From assembly GCA_964019425.1 (NCBI GenBank), contig OZ025781.1:1178001-1242000 (forward strand): a stretch of 64,000 nt of DNA. The letters run 5' to 3'. The number at the start of each line of letters is the position of its first letter. Position 1 is the first letter of the stretch. A program made the position numbers and the translations under genes. The stretch is from Flectonema sp. DT1601 (Eukaryota). Below, piece after piece: positions 60,630 to 64,000 of this stretch. The notes beneath the pieces were generated by a model, which did no database searches, had not been told where the DNA came from, and worked only from the letters and a program-made list of their open reading frames with translations.

Positions 60630-63600
60630 TCACTTGCTCCCTACAAGTGTCATCAACAGGCGCTCAAGACGATCTAATCTCTCATCAACTGAATTCTTCT
60701 TTTGCTCCTCCTCCTTTGAGGGTTTATTCTTTTCCTTCTTAACCTGTTTCTGCTCGGCCAACTGTATCTGTGCCACCGTCGAATGAGTTGCCTTAGTCTT
60801 CAGCTCCACTTCCCCCCACAGACGGATTCCCTTCTTCTTACCATGGAAGGCTACGAATTCAGCACGCGTATACCATTTACCACCCGTGCCCTCCGATGGA
60901 TCCTTTCGCTTCTCCGGCTTTTGCTCCCTCACTTTAGGGGTTGCCTTCACTGATTTAGCAGCCTCCTTTTTCCCTATCGATTCAGTGAGACAAAGCACAC
61001 CATCAATGGTTACTGTTTCACCCTCCCTCACCGGACCACGCACTACCATCCATCTCATACCGCTTCGGACACCCTCCTTCATCTTCCTCACATTCCATCC
61101 TTCCCTCGAGATGAGGTACTTCACCGCGTCATCCGTCGGGGTACCTATTGGGATTCCAGATATCCTGGTCTCCGGTAGTTTGGCCGGTAGGTGGAGCTTC
61201 ACTCTTGCAGCCTTCTCATGCCAGCAGTTCACCCTGATCCCTAAGCCATGCTCATTAAGAACAAGTCCCAGACCTCCCTCAATCTCCTCCACTTTGTCCC
61301 TTGCCACGCTAATCGTGTCATCCTTCGGAAGCCACATCACCGAAGCCTTCACTGCTAATTCACCCAGATGATCCTTTTCCTTGGTGAAGATCCCTTCTTT
61401 ACCAGATTCCTTCAGGAAGCCTCTCACCTCTGTCGCCTTCACACGCAACATGACGGTAACGTTCAGGTCGTTTACCCTTGCGTTATATGTGTCTACGTAG
61501 CCAGGCAACTTCCTCAGTTCATTGGTGATTTTCAATGGTGCGCGCTTCACCTCCAACCATCTCTTATCATCAACCCACTTCTTATCGATCCGTACAACCA
61601 TCTCACTGGTCTTCACCGTCGCGTCCACATCGGTTCCTTTTGGAAAGATCTCCCTACCCATGGTAGAAAGCCACACCCTCTTCAGGATTCTTTTCATGCC
61701 ATCGTCCTTTTTCTCTTTCATCACTACCTGTACCTCCTTCGCTTCCTTGGCGGGAGGGAACAGGGTGACTAGCGTCAGCGATGCCCATGCTTCCGGTTTG
61801 GCTCCAGCCATCCTCTTCCTCACCTCCGTAGTCGTCGTGAGGTATACCCCTCTGCCACCTGCAGCATACTCGTCCTCCGACAGTATCATTTTTTCCGGCC
61901 AATATTCCGGTGCTAACTCAAACCTACCAGTGTAAGCAACCTCCTTCCGTGCGTCTGCCTCAAATTTTTCCTGCACCGGAGCCAGACTTCCCGAGTCTCC
62001 AAACATCCGTAACCTGATCCACTCACGCTCCTCCAGTTGACAATCCACGATTGTCTTCACACCCTTCTTCCTTTCACTATCGAGCCCACTCACTTTTTCT
62101 TGGAGCAGAGTTAAGCCCTGCCCTTCCGTTCGTTGGCTTGTGGCATCGTCTACTTCCATTCCGGAATCCTCATGCCCTTCCGATGACCTTAGTTGGTTGA
62201 GGCCCTTCACCTGCGCTCGCTCCGCTTCCAGCTCTTGCAAGTAACGTTCTTGCATTACCGTCGATTCTCTCTTCGCCGCCTCCCTCATTTCTCTGGCTTC
62301 CGTTCGCTGCAGATTCAGCTGTTGCGTCACTTCCTCCAGTTGCTTCTTCAGTGATCTCAGAAGATCCCTGAGTTCACCCTTCTCGGCTCTTTCCTGTCTC
62401 AGCTCCTCCTGTAGCTCCTCAAACCGGGGGTCTTGAGGCGGTTGGTAGTGGGCGTTGCTAGAGGTGGCGTACGGCTGGTGAACGTAATAATGATCCATCC
62501 GTTCTTCCTTTTCTTGAAAGATTTGTTGTTGTTGTTGGAGTTGTTGTTGCTGTTGATACAGGCTGGTTCTCTGATTTTCAATTTCCATGTCCATCTCGGT
62601 CCTTAGACTCGACAATTCCTTCCTACCTTTTTCAATTTCTTCCTCCTGTTGTCGTTGTAGTTGGAGACGTTGGATTTGGAGGTCCTCTTCCTGTTTTTTG
62701 AGTTCCTCACTCCTCTGTTGTTGATGCTGTTTTTCTTGATGGTTTTGTTCGCTGAGTTGGCGTTGCAGGACAAGCAGTTCTTGTTTCCCAACATCATTTT
62801 CCTTGGCATGCTCTTCGATGAGCTTCCGTTGTCGTTGCTGCAGTTCTTCTTCCTTGGCTCGTAGGCCTTTCGCTTGCTCCTTGCTTTTTTTCTCGAGCTG
62901 CTTCTGTAAGGTAAGCAACTCCAGTTTCCCCTTCTCAAGCTCATCATCGAACTGTTGTTGGAGTAGCTGCTGTTTATCTTCCAGGTTGGCCTGCTGTAGT
63001 TGTAGCTCCTGTTGAATCTGAAGCTGTTCTTGTTGCTGTTGACGGTGGTTTTCCTCGAGTTGGCATCTTCTCCTTCGGAGAGACTCACTCTCGATTGCCT
63101 TCTCCTTCTGGTGTTTCTGTTCCAGTTGTTGTTGCTGTGCAATTATTATTTGCTGTTTCTGACGGATATCTTCCTTGTACTGAAGCAACTCCTGCTGTTG
63201 ACGGTTTAGCAGTTCTTGACTCTGTAGTTGGCTTTCCTGCTGTTGTTGGACTTGATGATCGAGTTGCTGTTGCTGTTGTAGATGTTTCTCCTTCTGCTGT
63301 TGGACTTGATAATTAAGTTGCTGTTGTTGCTGCAGTTGTTTTTCTTGTTGCTGTTGGACTTGATGATCAAGTTGTTGCTGCTGTTGCAGTTGTTTTTCCT
63401 GCTGTTGCTGTTGTTGGCTCTCCAATTCCAGTTGCATCTGGTGTTTTGTTTGGTGGAGCTCGAGTTGCTGCTGCTGGTGTTGATTTTCCAGTAGTTGCTG
63501 ATTCGTCTCCTGTTGACTCCTGTGTGCATCCAGGTCGTGTTCTAGTTGTAATTTTTCTTGGAAGAGGTCAAGCTGTTGCTGCTTGTGCTGTTCATCTAGC

Positions 63601-63905
63601 TCAGCCTGCTGGGCTTCTAGAAGTTCCTGCTTGCGAAGCAGTTCCTTCCTTTCCTCCTCCTGTTCTTCCTGCTGCTGCTTGAGCTTACGCTCCTCCGGGT
63701 TCTTCCGCGTTTCACCGCGGTCAACCACCGCGTTTGCCCGGTCCAGCCTTTCCCTGTCATCTTTCTTTGGTCCGTTCCCGTTAGCTGAGTGAGCCAACTT
63801 GTTCATCTCTTTTCTGGAGAGCGACGCGTTGGCTGTACGTGCTCCCCCTTGATCCCTACAAATTTTTGTCGGCCTCAGCCGTCCGAGACCGCCGCGTGGA
63901 GGCAT
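60630..63905 (-). CDS. Retrotransposon ORF1 (1091 aa): Q/E-rich coiled coil plus C-terminal globular region
   Basis: First ATG at 63905, 12 nt after the SL; the track's TTG start lies inside the SL. Ends at TGA 60632-60630, in frame with ORF2. An 18-aa (54-nt) tandem repeat QQQQEKQLQQQQQLDHQV lies near 63230-63410. Confidence 0.85.
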   Translation of the reverse strand: MPPRGGLGRLRPTKICRDQGGARTANASLSRKEMNKLAHSANGNGPKKDDRERLDRANAVVDRGETRKNPEERKLKQQQEEQEEERKELLRKQELLEAQQAELDEQHKQQQLDLFQEKLQLEHDLDAHRSQQETNQQLLENQHQQQQLELHQTKHQMQLELESQQQQQQEKQLQQQQQLDHQVQQQQEKQLQQQQQLNYQVQQQKEKHLQQQQQLDHQVQQQQESQLQSQELLNRQQQELLQYKEDIRQKQQIIIAQQQQLEQKHQKEKAIESESLRRRRCQLEENHRQQQQEQLQIQQELQLQQANLEDKQQLLQQQFDDELEKGKLELLTLQKQLEKKSKEQAKGLRAKEEELQQRQRKLIEEHAKENDVGKQELLVLQRQLSEQNHQEKQHQQQRSEELKKQEEDLQIQRLQLQRQQEEEIEKGRKELSSLRTEMDMEIENQRTSLYQQQQQLQQQQQIFQEKEERMDHYYVHQPYATSSNAHYQPPQDPRFEELQEELRQERAEKGELRDLLRSLKKQLEEVTQQLNLQRTEAREMREAAKRESTVMQERYLQELEAERAQVKGLNQLRSSEGHEDSGMEVDDATSQRTEGQGLTLLQEKVSGLDSERKKGVKTIVDCQLEEREWIRLRMFGDSGSLAPVQEKFEADARKEVAYTGRFELAPEYWPEKMILSEDEYAAGGRGVYLTTTTEVRKRMAGAKPEAWASLTLVTLFPPAKEAKEVQVVMKEKKDDGMKRILKRVWLSTMGREIFPKGTDVDATVKTSEMVVRIDKKWVDDKRWLEVKRAPLKITNELRKLPGYVDTYNARVNDLNVTVMLRVKATEVRGFLKESGKEGIFTKEKDHLGELAVKASVMWLPKDDTISVARDKVEEIEGGLGLVLNEHGLGIRVNCWHEKAARVKLHLPAKLPETRISGIPIGTPTDDAVKYLISREGWNVRKMKEGVRSGMRWMVVRGPVREGETVTIDGVLCLTESIGKKEAAKSVKATPKVREQKPEKRKDPSEGTGGKWYTRAEFVAFHGKKKGIRLWGEVELKTKATHSTVAQIQLAEQKQVKKEKNKPSKEEEQKKNSVDERLDRLERLLMTLVGSK

Positions 63906-63917
63906 TTTGTGTGGTCC

Positions 63918-63956
63918 CAATAAAGTACAGAAACTGTAGCTTTAGAATCGTTGGTT
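63918..63956 (-). other. Complete 39-nt diplonemid-type spliced-leader exon in genomic DNA
   Basis: AACCAACGATTCTAAAGCTACAGTTTCTGTACTTTATTG is 39 nt with the 3' core CAGTTTCTGTACTTTATTG shared by kinetoplastid and diplonemid SLs. It is followed by GGACC, not by an SL-intron GT donor. Confidence 0.93.
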
Positions 63957-63970
63957 AAATAAATAAAATT

Positions 63971-64000
63971 TTTATTTATTTATTTATTTAGTCACATCCC
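63971..64000 (-). repeat. Exact 30-nt copy of the element's 3'-end region (next tandem copy or long TSD)
   Basis: (TTTA)5 GTCACATCCC is identical to 56439-56468 and runs off the window edge. Confidence 0.75.

Larger units (their letters stand above)
56416..63956 (-). mobile_element. Full-length non-LTR retrotransposon (Ingi/I-group-like: APE, RT, RNase H, CCHC), SL-capped, with a (TAAA)n-like tail
   Basis: Intact ORF1 and ORF2, a ~300-nt 3' UTR, (TAAA)n/A-rich tail at ~56416-56458, and an SL exon at the 5' end. Visibly more GC-rich than host DNA. Confidence 0.93.

Noticed and set aside
57076..63792. Plus-strand ORFs overlapping the retrotransposon
   Set aside because: Antisense shadows of GC-richer coding sequence with no motifs.
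63765..63810. NKLAHSANGNGP near the ORF1 N-terminus as a second 2A-like site
   Set aside because: Lacks DxExNPGP. A processing role is possible but unsupported.
63918..63956. SL RNA gene, or an SL-targeting CRE/SLACS-type insertion
   Set aside because: No GT donor or SL intron follows the exon here or at the element's other end. The exon is whole, and the element encodes APE rather than a restriction-like endonuclease.
1..64000. Genome-wide UGA reassignment, CRISPR arrays, tRNAs, telomeric arrays
   Set aside because: Long host exons contain no in-frame UGA and UGA ends a host gene (16440). No repeat-spacer arrays, cloverleafs or (TTAGGG)n runs were seen by eye.

Overview
Eukaryotic nuclear DNA, almost certainly from a diplonemid (Euglenozoa). 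A complete 39-nt diplonemid-type spliced-leader (SL) exon is present, and every host gene across the 64 kb lies on the minus strand, as in a polycistronic cluster with mostly short GT-AG introns. Host genes: a CCHC zinc-knuckle (Air1/2-like) protein cut by the window edge, a 6-exon CLU-domain protein, a TM/coiled-coil protein, a membrane adenylate cyclase, an isochorismatase-AlkB fusion, a TRF4-like nucleotidyltransferase lacking catalytic aspartates, a large LRR/coiled-coil/beta-repeat protein, Tim17, an inner-arm dynein heavy chain and a myosin. The right end holds an apparently intact ~7.5-kb non-LTR retrotransposon (APE-RT-RNase H-CCHC). It begins exactly with a genomic SL exon, and ORF1 and ORF2 are in one frame, separated only by a single UGA, a predicted stem-loop and a 2A (DVERNPGP) StopGo peptide. 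This is the strongest candidate for an undescribed expression system. Also notable: cis-intron acceptors are A/C-rich (one 775-nt intron is almost pure (CAAA)n) while putative trans-splice acceptors are pyrimidine-rich; short tail-less elements with target-site duplications (TSDs) ending in G-runs; and an orphan 18S rRNA fragment. All family assignments are by eye from motifs; no database searches were run.
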